A stretch of 64,000 bases of DNA from Mercenaria mercenaria (taxonomy: Eukaryota). The notes beneath the pieces were generated by a model that was given only the letters and a program-made list of their open reading frames with translations, was not told the origin of the DNA and ran no database searches. Positions within the stretch are counted from its first letter, which is position 1; each line of letters starts with the position of its first letter. The stretch spans positions 64,348,221-64,412,220 of the forward strand of contig NC_069372.1 in NCBI RefSeq assembly GCF_021730395.1. The letters run 5' to 3'. Below, piece by piece: positions 1 to 11,900 of the stretch. Made by a program: the position numbers and the translations under genes.

Positions 1-205
1 GACTTGAGAACCACTAGGCCAAGAGTGTTGAAATTTAGCGGGATGACTGGACATGCCAAGTAGATGATCCCTATTGCAGCCAACCATCAGTGTCTCTTTG
101 ACTTTCGCTCCTGACCCCTATTGACTTCTTGCCTATAGGACTTTGCATTTGGGGAGACATGCGCTTTTTTACAAAAGCATTTTCTAGTTCAATATTAGAG
201 GAAGA
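1..205 (+). mobile_element. 3' end (truncated by the window edge) of a repeat family with internal ~150-bp tandem units. It ends at a 'TGGGGAGACATGCGC' motif. Same family as 19455-20890.
   Basis: 1-205 aligns by eye with 20690-20890, including 'ccctattgcagccaacc.tca.tgtctctttgactttcgct' and the terminal 'ggggagacatgcg'. Confidence 0.6.
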
Positions 206-405
206 GTTGTTGGTTAAAGATAGCTTGCATTATCTGGTGTCACTTATCAAACTGAATGTAATTTTGTAAGATCAACTCACTATTGAGGCTCCATTTGGTT
301 TATGAACAGTTGCTACATAAATTATGTATTGGGCCTTTTTCTAAACTTTTAATCTAAAAAATTAATAGTGATTTACAATTGTACTAAGTGATGTTTTTCG
401 AACAG

Positions 406-476
406 TCAGAATTTTTGTCCCTTGGTATCGGAAACAACATCTCGAACAGTTACTCACTGCTTCTCAGCCTCTGGCA
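406..476 (+). CDS. BRAP: Candidate upstream BRAP exon (SEFLSLGIGNNISNSYSLLLSLW + 2 nt). AG acceptor at 404-405, GT donor at 477-478. Splice phase is compatible with the next exon.
   Basis: Open frame with consistent phase and plausible splice sites. Protein similarity to human BRAP is weak. Confidence 0.3.
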
Positions 477-526
477 GTAGTGTTCATATCTCAGGAAAAT
501 GATGTTTACTGTTCTTTAAAGACCGC

Positions 527-870
527 CTTGGTAGCCTAGTGGTAGAGCGTCCACTTCGAGTGCGGGAGGTCGTGGGTTCGATCCCCGGCCGCGTCATACC
601 TAAGACGTAAAAAATGGTACTAGTAGCATCCTCGCTTTGTGCTCAGCATTAAGAGGATAGTGCTAGGACTGGTCAGCCCGGTGTCAGTATAATGTGACTG
701 GGTGGGGTATCATGCCACGTGTCTACGGCGTGATATTCCAGTGAGGCAGCACTATAAAGTTGGGCATTGTGCTCACTGCTACAAGTAGACACCGTCGTTT
801 ATATGACTGAAAAATTGTTGAAAAAGACGTTAAACCTGAACACACACACACACACACATACTTTAAATAT
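527..870 (+). mobile_element. tRNA-derived SINE. The tRNA-like head is at 527-600; the tail ends in (CA)9.
   Basis: Head shows tRNA features (GGTAGAGCG D-arm, GGTTCGATCC T-arm) but its acceptor stem does not pair. The body 'tgaaaaatggtac…gcattaag…gtcagcccgg…tcagtataatgtga…cagtgaggcagcactataaagttgg' recurs at 10975-11245 and on the minus strand at 20190-20425. Confidence 0.75.
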
Positions 871-960
871 CAATGAAGTAACTGTGTACCATTGTAAAGT
901 TTTATGAACATTAAGAAGATGGCTTTGTGATATGAAACAGTCTCATATTTTATATTTCAG

Positions 961-1071
961 TCATTTAACGAGCCTGTCAGATGAGACACAGAGGAGTGAG
1001 CTGATCTGTATGTTAGCTGTTCCTGCTAAATATACCATTCACGATCTGCTCAAGTTCAATGGACCTTGTTT
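961..1071 (+). CDS. BRAP: BRAP exon (…HLTSLSDETQRSELICMLAVPAKYTIHDLLKFNGPC…).
   Basis: Acceptor tttcag|T, donor TT|gtaagt. The translation aligns to human BRAP 'MTSLKEDVRRSAMLCILTVPAAMTSHDLMKF'. Confidence 0.7.
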
Positions 1072-1125
1072 GTAAGTTTAAACTGTTTTACCTAAATGAG
1101 CTTAAATATTGATCGTCAGGTTTAT

Positions 1126-3148
1126 ATTGCAGGTACAAAGTACATGATGTATAAATCATGTATAATTTTAACTGCAGGGCTGGTATAGAGTACATTATGT
1201 ATAAATCTTGTATAATTTTAACTGCAGGGCTGGTATAGAGTACATTATGTATAAATCATGTATAATTTTAACTGCAGGGCTGGTATACAGTACATTATGT
1301 ATAAATCATGTATAATTTTAACTGCAGGGCTGGTATAGAGTACATTATGTATAAATATTGTATAATTTTAACTGCAGGGCTCATATAGAGTACATTATGT
1401 ATAAATCATGTATAATTTTAACTGCAGGGCTGGTACAGAGTACATTATGTATAAATCATGTATAATTTTAACTGCAGGGCTGGTAGAGAGTACATGATGT
1501 ATAAATCATGTATAATTTTAACTGCAGGGCTGGTAGAGAGTACATGATGTATAAATCATGTATAATTTTAACTGCAGGGCTGGTACAGAGTACATGATGT
1601 ATAAATCTTGTATAATTTTAACTACAGGGCTGGTACAGAGTACATGATGTATAAATCTTGTATAATTTTAACTGCAGGGCTGGTATAGAGTACATTACAT
1701 ATGTATAAATCTTGTATAATTTTAACTGCAGGGCTGGTAGAGAGTACATGATGTATAAATCATGTATAATTTTAACTGCAGGGCTGGTACAGAGTACATT
1801 ATGTATAAATCTTGTATAATTTTAACTGCAGGGCAGGTACAGAGTACATTATGTATAAATCTTGTATAATTTTAACTGCAGGGCTGGTACAGAGTACATG
1901 ATGTATAAATCATGTATAATTTTAACTGCAGGGCTGGTATAGAGTACATTACATATGTATAAATCTTGTATAATTTTAATTGCAGGGCTGGTACAGAGTA
2001 CATGATGTATAAATCTTGTATAATTTTAACTGCAGGGCAGGTACAGAGTACTTGATGTATAAATCTTGTATAATTTCAACTGCAGGGCTGGTACAGAGTA
2101 AATGATGTATAAATCTTGTATCATTTGAACTGCAGGGCTGGTACAGAGTACATGATGTATAAATCTTGTATAATTTCAACTGCAGGGCTGGTACAGAGTA
2201 AATGATGTATAAATCTTGTATAATTTTAATTGCAGGGCTGGTATAGAGTACATTACATATGTATAAATCTTGTATAATTTTAATTGCAGGGCTGGTACAG
2301 AGTACATGATGTATAAATCTTGTATAATTTTAACTGCAGGGCTGGTACAGAGTACATGATGTATAAATCTTGTATAATTTCAACTGCAGGGCTGGTACAG
2401 AGTACATGATGTATAAATCTTGTATAATTTCAACTGCAGGGCTGGTACAGAGTAAATGATGTATAAATCTTGTATCATTTGAACTGCAGGGCTGGTACAG
2501 AGTACATAATGTATAAATCATGTATAATTTTAACTACAGGGCTGGTACAGAGTACATGATGTATAAATCATGTATAATTTTAACTGCAGGGCTGGTACAG
2601 AGTACATGATGTATAAATCTTTTATAATTTTATTTATTTATTTGTTTTGTTGGGTTTAATGTCACACCAACACAATTATAGGTCATATGGCGACTTTCCA
2701 ACTTTGATGGTGGAGGAAGACCCCAGGTGCCCATCTGCGCATTATTTCATCACGAGCAGGCACCTTGGTAGAACCACCGACCTTGTATAACTAACTGCAG
2801 GGCTGGTACAGGGTACATGATGTATAAATCTTGTATAACTTTAACTGCAGGGCTGGTACAGGGTACATGATGTATAAATCTTGTATAACTTTAACTGCAG
2901 GGCTGGTACAGGGTACATGATGTATAAATCTTGTATAACTTTAACTGCAGGGCTGGTACAGGGTACATGATGTATAAATCTTGTATAACTTTAACTGCAG
3001 GGCTGGTACAGAGAACATGATATATATAAAGCATGTATGGTATTTACCACAGGGCTTGCTTGTATAGAGCACATTTTGTGTAAATTATAATGCAGGACTG
3101 GTGTAGAGCACATGATGTATATTATCATATATATTATTTTTACTGCAG
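1126..3148 (+). repeat. Intronic minisatellite, ~60-bp unit × ~33 (actgcagggctggtacagagtacatgatgtataaatcttgtataattttaactgcag). It is interrupted by a SINE fragment at 2620-2795. The 3' units degenerate into the real acceptor of exon 3149.
   Basis: Direct reading: long runs of near-identical 60-mers. The last unit is the genuine 'ttttactgcag|GGCTGGTATAGAG' exon boundary. Confidence 0.95.
2620..2795 (-). mobile_element. 5'-truncated SINE 3' portion with a conserved core. It is inserted into the minisatellite with a ~10-12 bp imperfect TSD (cttKtataaYt).
   Basis: The core 'ggtcatatggcgactttcca…ggtggaggaagacc…gcattatttcatcac…ggtagaaccaccgacc' is shared with 13330-13595, 15576-15822, 36297-36358 and 42395-42575. 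The tail 'ttgggtttaatgtc…' is the reverse complement of the 15822 tail. Confidence 0.7.
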
Positions 3149-3227
3149 GGCTGGTATAGAGTATATGAGGATAATCAGAGATGGTTCTCCAAACCAGTAC
3201 ATGGTGCTTGTCAAGTTTAGAAATCAG
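3149..3227 (+). CDS. BRAP: BRAP exon (L/AGIEYMRIIRDGSPNQYMVLVKFRNQ).
   Basis: Acceptor ctgcag|G, donor CAG|gtttgt. Matches human 'IEQMKIIRDSTPNQYMVLIKFRAQ'. Confidence 0.8.
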
Positions 3228-3707
3228 GTTTGTTAGTTGTTTTTATTTTATTTGATTTATTTATCAAATTTTATTCAAGCTACACTCTGTAACAGTTCTG
3301 TTTTGTTTGTCTGCTTTTGTGGGTAAATGAATGAATTTGTCTAATGTAAAATGAAAACCTTTGTCTCTAGTGAGTGGTTCTTTTAGGCTAGATTTTTGGG
3401 TCTTTCATTGTATCGACAGTCGTAAATATATGTTTTCATTGCTCATCAAAGGCCAGGAGACTTTCTAGTCTATATTATAGAGGTAGATGTGAGGAGCCTT
3501 TCTAGATAGGCAGGCACCTGTAAACCAGCTGGAAGGTTTCATGGCATGAAAAAAATCAGCACAGGCATGGATAAAAATGCAATGGTGATGTGCAAATGAT
3601 TTTTATTGAATGATATTGATTATTTTTAAGATTCTTTGGTATGATAATGTACTCATTCCTCTATGTGATATGTATATTGTATCTCAGTATTTGCTGAAAT
3701 TTTGCAG

Positions 3708-3821
3708 AAGTTTGCTGACGAGTATTATACAGCATATAACAACACAACATTCAACAGTATAGAGACAGATATTTGTCATCTTGTGTATGTTGGTAGAGTT
3801 GAAATGCTGAAGGAATCTGAG
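3708..3821 (+). CDS. BRAP: BRAP exon (KFADEYYTAYNNTTFNSIETDICHLVYVGRVEMLKESE).
   Basis: Acceptor ttgcag|A, donor GAG|gtcagt. Matches human 'FNSIEDDVCQLVYVERAEVLKSED'. Confidence 0.8.
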
Positions 3822-4267
3822 GTCAGTTTGTTAGACATTGTGAATCAAAGCAGTGTCAGCCTATGAAAAAGTATTTGTTGTTTGATTATTCAGGTAAAAT
3901 ATCTTTAGTATTTTGTACAAAATTTTTCCCTTGAAACATCTTTGAATATAAGACAGTATTACACATCATTCCTCCTTGGTGTTAATTGAGAGTCATCACA
4001 GTATCTCAAAAGAACCAGGGTTATATCATATTTAGAAGTAAATGCACTGTGAAACCGTTGAATTTTATTGACATGAAATTCTGTGGTTTTGGTCAAAATG
4101 ACTATTTCAAGGGGTTTTGAATCCACGAAATTACATTTTTGTGGATAAAATGAATGGGAATTTTATATGGAATTCATGTTACTTTTAACTGGTTTTACAA
4201 AAGTAAAGACTACAAACATTGGACCCTCATGAATGTTAATGCTTTCATAGTATGTTTTTTTTTCTAG

Positions 4268-4333
4268 AATGCATGCATGCCGGTACCAGGAATGACAGAG
4301 CTGCCAAACTGTCCTGTGTGTCTGGAAAGAATG
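4268..4333 (+). CDS. BRAP: BRAP exon, start of the RING finger (NACMPVPGMTELPNCPVCLERM).
   Basis: Acceptor tctag|A, donor ATG|gtaaaa. Matches human 'TELPKCTVCLERM'. Confidence 0.85.
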
Positions 4334-5281
4334 GTAAAATGATCTGTAATTGTAAATGTTGCTGCCAATCTTGGAACATTTGTTTCATTGTCAGTTTGAA
4401 GGGTGTTACTGTAACTGCCAGTGTTGTGTAAAGTCATAAAAAGTCTACCAGTGGTTTTATAAAAAATAAAAACTTGTGTGTAATTAAATGTTCAGGATTC
4501 TTTGATATATGTTACTAGATCATAATGTAGACACACATGAATGGATAATTCAAAATTGAATTCAAAGTACCCCTGCAAGACTTGTACACATGTTCTATAG
4601 CCCTATTGAAATTTATGAAAGCCATTAGGGTTTTGAAGTTGGGTATTTAAGGTACTTCTGCATGTTTGGTTAGAAATTTTTTCTGCAATGTAGAATTTGA
4701 TTAAACTCTGATTTTTCAAAACTTCTGAATATACCTAGAAAATTCAGTAAATAAAAAAGATAGGGTCGTGTGCTTGATTTTTTGCTAGACTGATTTGAAA
4801 AAATTAGACCTCACGCAGTTTTTCATAATGGAAGTCTATGGGGAAATCATAACTTTTCATGAATAGAAATTTTTCTACAATGTAGAATTTAATGAAACTT
4901 CCCACAGTTGTAAATAAGCATATGGCCTATGATGTGGGGAAATAAAATGTATAGGTCCATGTGCTTAATTTTGAGATATTTGACCTTGATTAAAGTGAAC
5001 CGCGCTTTTCAGCTTATTTTAAGACATTATTTTGAAGTTTTAATGTGTCAGATGTTTTGATATCATATTTTAACTTTAGAAAGACAGTAACAGTGCTATT
5101 GTAATAAATTTACTCATAGGTTGCTGTTAATTCATAATATGATTTTTGTTTCGGTACGCCGAATCCAGGCTTTATTCCAAGTTTTCCAGATAAATGACGT
5201 TACGCTATCACTTCCGGTTTACCAAGCATGTAGAACTACCTTAAAACTATTTTATTCATGTATTTTGTAACTGTGTTACAG

Positions 5282-5364
5282 GATGAATCAGTAGATGGGA
5301 TATTGACCATATTGTGCAATCATGCCTTCCATATGGAGTGTTTGGATAAGTGGGGAGACACAAG
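5282..5364 (+). CDS. BRAP: BRAP exon, RING finger (DESVDGILTILCNHAFHMECLDKWGDT).
   Basis: Acceptor ttacag|G, donor AG|gtaagt. Near-identical to human 'DESVNGILTTLCNHSFHSQCLQRWDDT'. Confidence 0.9.
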
Positions 5365-5686
5365 GTAAGTAGATAAAGCTGTTTACTTAGATATTCTTTT
5401 CTATGAGTAAAGAATCTGATACTTTTATGATTTGGGACTGTGTCTTTTTACAGGAGTAAATTTGTGCAGGAAAAAAAAAAACCTATAAAGGATACTGTAA
5501 TATCAGACATTTTTGTGTGACCAAAAGTTTTCAAATGTGTAGACTCATTATTTTGCAAGGTTGACTCTTCACATAAACTGTCGGAATTTGTCTTTGAGTA
5601 ATTGAATTCAACTTCCTGCTGGGACTAATGTTTGCGAAATAAATACAAAATACTATATCAGTAAAATTTAGTACCTCACAGTTTTT

Positions 5687-6400
5687 TAGCTCACCTGAGC
5701 ACGAAGTGCTTGGGGTGAGCTATTCTGATCGCTCACTGTCTGGCGACCGACTGACATTTTTCCTTCAAAGAACATCTTCTGTGAAACCATGTGGTGGAAG
5801 TTGATGAAACTTGGCCCAGATGTTCCCTGGGTAGTGCTATTTCAAATTTGTTCAAATGGTTCCGTTAGGTTGCACATAGGAGCCGCCAGAGCTAAAAATA
5901 GAACAGTCTTCAAATGACATCTCCCTTAAACCGCTGGTTTGATTTCAAAATAATCTCACACAAATGGTCCTTATGTAACCCTGTCAAGATTGTTCAAATT
6001 ATTATTCATCAAAAAACATGGCCTTCAGGGGGTGTGGACACTTTTCCCAATATGTATATAGTGGAAACTTTAAAAAAAATTCTTGTATGAAACTGCTGGC
6101 CAAATTTTGAAATAATTTCACACAAATGGTCCTTGTAAGACCCAGTATATTGGAAACTTATGAAATTATTGTCAGAAACATCAGGTCCAATTTTAGAATA
6201 ATTTTACACAAATGTTCCTTGTGAGACCCTTTACGAAGATTGTACAAATAATTCTGTTTCATCAAAAAGCATTGCCACTAGGAAGTGTGGTCACTGTACC
6301 CCTTAGTAATGTAGTGGAAACTTGAAAAAATCTTCACTTGATATGTTGTCATATCACATCATTCCCCAAATGTCTTACCCCACATCTGCCCCGACTCCCA
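5687..6400 (+). mobile_element. Helentron-like non-autonomous element (HINE-like). 5' end is TTAGCTCACCTG…CAAGGTGAGCT; the 3' end is unclear.
   Basis: The 5' terminus is shared with elements at 16398 and 21652. Internal ~150-bp repeats begin around 6040. Confidence 0.5.
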
Positions 6401-6490
6401 CCTCAACACACACACAGTACCTGCCTGTATTTATTTAGTTGAAACTTTTAGCTGTTCAAGCAAGCGACTAAACTGTTTGTCTGTTTGCAG

Positions 6491-6566
6491 TTGTCCTGTG
6501 TGTAGATACTGTCAAACACCTGAAGAAGCAGCAGACAATAGATGTATGAAGTGTGGCTCACAAGAG
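6491..6566 (+). CDS. BRAP: BRAP exon (SCPVCRYCQTPEEAADNRCMKCGSQE).
   Basis: Acceptor tttgcag|T, donor GAG|gttagt. Matches human 'CPVCRYCQTPEPVEENKCFECGVQE'. Confidence 0.9.
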
Positions 6567-6611
6567 GTTAGTATTTTTGTCTTATACATAAAAGATTTAT
6601 TTTTTGCACAA

Positions 6612-8457
6612 TTTTAGCACATCTAAACCAAATATTCTGGGTGAGCAATTAGTTTTGGTAAATGGTCAAGTGGTCCTGGTGTTCACAATTTTACATAATT
6701 ATCTTTTTTTCTGAAATGACTGGTCACCAAACTTGGTCTGTAGCATCCTGGCAAGGTCCTCTCTCAATTTTGTTAAAACGGTTCTACTTACTCGAGGGCC
6801 TGTAAAGGGGCATCATAGCTATAAATAGAACAAACCTTTTAAAGACTTCTCATGAAACACTGGATGGATCTTTGTTAAACCTGGTCTTTAGGGTCATTAT
6901 AAGGTTCTAGAGCTAAATATAGAACTACCTTTAATGGACACTTTCTCATTAAATGCTTGTTGGTTCCTAAGCAAACTTTCAGTATTCAGTAATTATCATT
7001 CAGTATAATCAGTAATTGTCAATATAAAGTCTTCTTCCAAATGCATTCAATAGGGGAGTTTGGTCCCAATTAGGGGCCACTAGAGCTAAAAATAGAATTT
7101 TTTTTTAAACAACTCCTGAACTGCTAGATGAATCTTCATCAGTCTTGTCGTGTAGCATCATTATAAGGTCTTCTCCAAAATTCGTATAAATGGGGACACT
7201 CTGCCTGCATTAGGAGTCACTAGTCTAAGAGCTATTAGTAGAAACACCTTTAAACAACTTCCTCTCATCAGCTGCTTAATGGATTTTCATCAAACTTGGT
7301 CTGTAACATAATTAGGCCTGTGAGGTCCTTTTCCTCTTCCAGCTTTGTTCAGATGGGGTGCTTGGTCCCTTTAAGGGGCCAGTAGAGCCAAAAAATAGAA
7401 ATATCTTTAAAGAGCTTCTTTTCATGAACCGCTGGATGGATCTTAATCAGACTTGGTATTCAGGATCATTATGAGGTTTTCTCCAAAATTGTTCGAATAG
7501 GTATGCTTGGACACTTCAAGGGGCCACTTGAGCTAAAGATATAAACACCTGCAAACGACCTCCTAATGAACCTCTTTTTGGATTTTCATCAAGCTTGGTC
7601 TGTAGCATTATTGTAAGGTCTTCTTTAGAGTTGGCCCCTTTTAGATGCAGCTGGATGTTAAAAATAGAAATACTTACAAACAACTGCTTCTCATGAACCA
7701 TTAGATGGATCTTGATTAAGTTTGCTCTGTAGCATAGTTTTGCTCTTTTAGGGGTTGCCAGAGTCAAAGATAGGAAAACATTTAAACCGCTCCCATTTTC
7801 GTGGCAGCTATAGCTAAAAATAGAAACACTTTTAAATGACTTCATCTCATGAAGCTTTTGATAGATCCACATGAGACTGTGTCATTAGCATCAGTATTAA
7901 GTCTTTCCTCAGATTAGTTCAAATGGGGGCACTCAACTCTTTTTTTAGGGACCAATAGAACTAAAAATAGAATTACCTTTTAACAATTTCTTCTCATGAA
8001 CTGCTTGATGGATTTTTACCAAACTTGGTCTGTAGCATCATTATAAGGGTCTTGTATACATTTGTTCAAATGTGGTTGCTCAGCCGTTAAAAGGGCTGCT
8101 GGATTTGAAAATAGACATACATGTACCTTTGAATGACTTCTTTTCATGATCTGCTTCATGGGTCTTCATCAAACTTGGTTTGTGGCATCATTGTAAAGTC
8201 CTCTTCCAGATTTATTCAGATGGAGGCGCTATGCCCCTTTTAATGGTCGTTTGAGCTAAACATAGAGGACATCCTTTAAATGACTTCTTCTCATGAACTG
8301 CTTGGTAAACTTTCATGAAGCTTGGTTTATAGCCTTATTGTAAGGTTTTAGGGGCCACTTGTTTGTGCCATTTATGATTCAGTGTGTCATACCTATATTC
8401 AAGATGAAACTGTTAAGGGCAGGTGAGCGACTTTGGGCTACTGTGGCCATTTTGTCT
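6612..8457 (+). mobile_element. Helentron-like element carrying ~11 tandem copies of a ~150-165 bp satellite (gggccactagagctaaaaatagaa… unit). 3' end is CAGGTGAGCGA…GGGC…GGCC…TTTTGTC.
   Basis: Degenerate 5' 'ttttagcacatc…ctgggtgagca' and a 3' CAGGTGAGCGA inverted relative to the 5' AGCTCACCTG. The same satellite occurs without flanks at 52060-52520. Confidence 0.55.
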
Positions 8458-8911
8458 TAATTTGCCAAAAGATACAGACATAATTTATTTTCTGTCTGTT
8501 GTAGTTTTTAGCTTTATTGTTTTAAGAAGAAATATTCTAATCATCGAGTTGTTTACATTGGTGTCATACCTTTGTTAAAGTTTTGCCAGCATAATTATGG
8601 CCAAGTTAGATAACTCTTGGTTGAATTTGATTCAAATTATGGCCCGTTTTCAAAATTCAGTGTAAAATTTTGCATGCAACTGTCACGCTGTACATGTCTT
8701 GTTATACTATATGTTTATCATATTTTTTTATTCAGGGTCAGAATAATAAGGTCATGACTCATCTAATTTGATAAACTGGCCATTCTTTAAAATAATTCTT
8801 TTACTGTATATGCTACTCTTAGACATTAAACTGATTGTTTGATCTCTGTCTTATGTTCTTCTTTTTGTTTTGAATAAAATTGTCAGTATGTGTTACTGTT
8901 TATGTTTTCAG

Positions 8912-8979
8912 AGTTTATGGATTTGTCTAATTTGTGGAAACATTGGCTGTGGTCGGTATGTCGGGCTGCATGCGTTCAG
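8912..8979 (+). CDS. BRAP: BRAP exon, UBP-type zinc finger ([22 protein letters not shown]).
   Basis: Acceptor ttttcag|A, donor CAG|gtttgt. Matches human '[22 protein letters not shown]'. Confidence 0.9.
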
Positions 8980-9156
8980 GTTTGTTACAATGTTGTTTTT
9001 TTTGTCTGAAAGATGCTGCAATATCATACCTGAGGGACAAATTTTCCTACATTTTGTGTTTGTATCAATCTATTAAATAAAGTAAATTGCCAAATTTATT
9101 TGATCAAAATTCAAGATTCAAGAAAAATTGTCTGCAAGAAGTGGTTGTTTGGTTTT

Positions 9157-10370
9157 TAGCTCGACTATTCGAAGAATAAGTAGAGCTATCCTACTCACCA
9201 CGGCGTCGGCGTCGGCGTCACACCTTGGTTAAGTTTTCCGTACCAGTCCACATCTTGACAAAGTCTTTTGAGATAAAGCTTTGAAACTTTCAACACTTAT
9301 TTACCATCATCATGGCCAGTTATAGGCAAGAGCACATAACTCCATCAAGGATTTTGGCTGAATTATGGCCCCTTTAGACTTAGAAATCATTGTTAAGTTT
9401 TTCGTACCAGTTCATATTTTGACAAAGTCTTTTGAGATAAAGCTTTGAAACTTTCAACACTTGTTTACCATCACCATGGCCAGTTATAGGTAAGAGTACG
9501 TAACTCCATCAGGGATTTTGGACTGAATTATGGCCCCTTTCGACTTAGAAATCTTGGTTAAGTTTTTCGTACCAGTTCATATTTAGACAAAGTCTTTTGA
9601 GATAAAGCTTTGAAACTTTCAACTCTTGTTTACCATCACCATGTCCAGTTATAGGCAAGAGCACATAACTCCATCGAGGATTTTGGCTGAATTATGGCCC
9701 TTTTTGACTTAGAAATCTGGGTTAATATTTCGTACCAGTTCATATTTTGACAAAGTCTTTTGAGATAAAGCTTTGAAACTTTCAACACTTGTTTACCATC
9801 ACCATGTCCAGTCATAGGCAAGAGAACATAACTCCGTCAAAGATTTTGGCTGAATTATGGCCCCTTTTGACTTAGAAATCTTGGTTAAGTTTTTCGTACC
9901 AGTTCATATTTTTTGTAAAGTGTTTGACATATGGCTTTTAAACTTTTATCACTTGTTTAGTATAATAGTCTCTATCTGTAGGAAAGAGAACATAACTCTG
10001 TCATCTATTTTGGCTGAATTATGGCCCTTTTTGGACTTTGAAATTGGTTCTGTTTTCATACAAGTCCATGTTTTGTCAAAACTATTTGACATATGGCTTT
10101 TAAACTTTGAACACTTGTTTATCATTATGATTTCCATCTGTAGGCAAGAGTACATAACTATTTTGGCTGAATTATGGCCGTTTTTGGACTTTGAAATTGG
10201 CTCATATATTGCCATTTAGTGCAAGACTTATCGAAATCAAAGTAATACAGGAACATTGTTTGTCTAATCTATCTATTTCTTTTGTCTGAATATCCGTGGA
10301 AATATTTTGACCCCATTCTTCAATCAGTTCTTCGAATAGTCAATCACGCTGTCATCAGACAGCTCTTGTT
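9157..10370 (+). mobile_element. Helentron-like element, second family. Asymmetric terminal inverted repeat (TIR) CGACTATTCGAAG / CTTCGAATAGTC; 3' hairpin GCTGTCatcaGACAGC followed by CTTGTT. It carries ~6 tandem ~165-bp units.
   Basis: TIR and hairpin read directly at 9161-9173 and 10330-10370. The tandem units are 'ttttcgtaccagttcatattttgacaaagtcttttgagataaagctttgaaactttcaacac…'. Confidence 0.65.
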
Positions 10371-10655
10371 ATGACAGCAAAATTATATGATATCATAATT
10401 CAGTTAAATACTACTCCGTTAAGCAGCTATGACAATTTAATCAGCTATAAATCACAAAACATGAATAAGGTAATTATATATCAAATTATGAAAAATAGTG
10501 ATGTAAAAAATAACCAGTCCATGGTAATTTAGGGAGTATAAAAAGGTGGAAAGTGGGAGGCAAAGTGCTGTGTTGTAGAGGTTTGAAGCTATGTTGTAAA
10601 TTTGTAGATTATTTCATATTTTTTCTACTTTCATGTGACTGTTCTGTATTTCCAG

Positions 10656-10836
10656 ACATTTTCAAGAGACCCATCATACCTATGCTATGGAGTTAGGTAA
10701 CAATAAAGTGTGGGACTATATTGGTGATAACTATGTACATAGGCTGGTGCAGAATAAATCTGATGGTAAATTGGTGCGAGTTGATGAAGGAGGAAATCCT
10801 GTACAAGATGAAAAAATGGATGCTTTAAATTTAGAG
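10656..10836 (+). CDS. BRAP: BRAP exon, zf-UBP ([61 protein letters not shown]).
   Basis: Acceptor ttccag|A, donor GAG|gtatat. Strong match to human '[32 protein letters not shown]…EEKIDALQLE'. Confidence 0.9.
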
Positions 10837-10974
10837 GTATATAGACTAGTAGTAATTAAATATTTGTAGTAAATAGCATCATCTGCAAAATGTTGAAGCC
10901 CTCAATTCAATATTATTGATTTTTTTCTCTTTTTGAGAAAAAAAAACACACACTTAAATTTCTTCTATCCTACA

Positions 10975-11245
10975 TCACTGCAACAGTAGCCAAGTGGTAG
11001 AGTGCCTTACCAGTGTTGTACCAAAGATGTGAAAAATGGTACAAGTAGCTTCCTTGCTTAGCATTCAGCATTAAGGGGATGGTTTTAGGACCAGTCAGCC
11101 CGGCATCAGTATAATGTGAATGGTGGTGGTATGATATAACATTTCTATGGTATGATACCCAGTGAGGAAGCACTATAAAGTTGGTCATTGTGCTCACTTC
11201 TGCAAGTAAATGTTGAAAAAGATGCTAACCTGAGCACACACACCA
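10975..11245 (+). mobile_element. SINE copy of the same family as 527-870, with a degenerate head.
   Basis: Shared body 'gtgaaaaatggtacaagtagc…gcattcagcattaagg…ccagtcagcccggcatcagtataatgtga…cagtgaggaagcactataaagttggtcattgtgctcact'. Confidence 0.75.
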
Positions 11246-11900
11246 TACACACCCAAATTTTTGCTATGTACATAACAGGGTAGAGATGTATTTCATATTT
11301 CAAAGGATAGTTCAGTGTTTCACTGTTTCACTGTCCAGTTCTTACTGAATTTGATGTTTTATTGATACCTTCTAACTATAAAAACAATCTACAAAAGCCT
11401 GGAGGTGTGGCTCTTAGAAGATATGGTATATTATTAGCGAAATGCACAAATATAAAGAAAAAATAAAGGTAAAGACTGGCACCTTATATGTATGTACATA
11501 TACTGGTACATGTAACTGCTGGGCAGCCGCTTTAATCTACCATACAAGTATGTTAGATTATTTTACATCTTGAATTGTGAATGCTGTTTCATTAACATAA
11601 TGGGTGCCAGTATTTCTGGTAAATTTTCTTAAGGGACTTTAGTTTAAAAGTGTTCTGGTTTAAACTGTAAAAAGTAAATGAGGTTTTAGCATTTGTTTGT
11701 AAGATATAGGTGTAGAAGATTTGTTTTACATTTAAACACTACAGATTTTGTCAGTATTTGTGAAAGTAGTGAAGGATTCCTTTTCGTAATTAAGAAATGT
11801 AATGGTGAATATTTCTTTTGAGTTTTAATGCAATTGACCAAGACTAAATTCATGGAAATGACATAATGAAGGATTTTTTGAAATTATTTTACAATTTCAG

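Noticed and set aside
527-600. Apparent tRNA genes (also 20341-20420 on the minus strand, and 42080-42300).
   Set aside because: The cloverleaf elements are present (D-arm, anticodon loop TTCGAGT, T-arm), but the acceptor stems do not pair (≤5/7). Each is continuous with the same ~250-bp SINE body. They are SINE heads, not functional tRNA genes.
1126-3010. Regularly spaced 60-bp direct repeats that could superficially resemble a CRISPR array.
   Set aside because: This is a eukaryotic intron. The 'spacers' are not unique (whole units are identical) and the unit equals a host splice-site segment. It is a minisatellite.
7516-10219. ORFs 7516-7872, 9857-10219 and 9949-10215 (88-120 aa).
   Set aside because: They sit inside tandem satellite units of Helentron-like elements. 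They repeat with the satellite period and occur on both strands.
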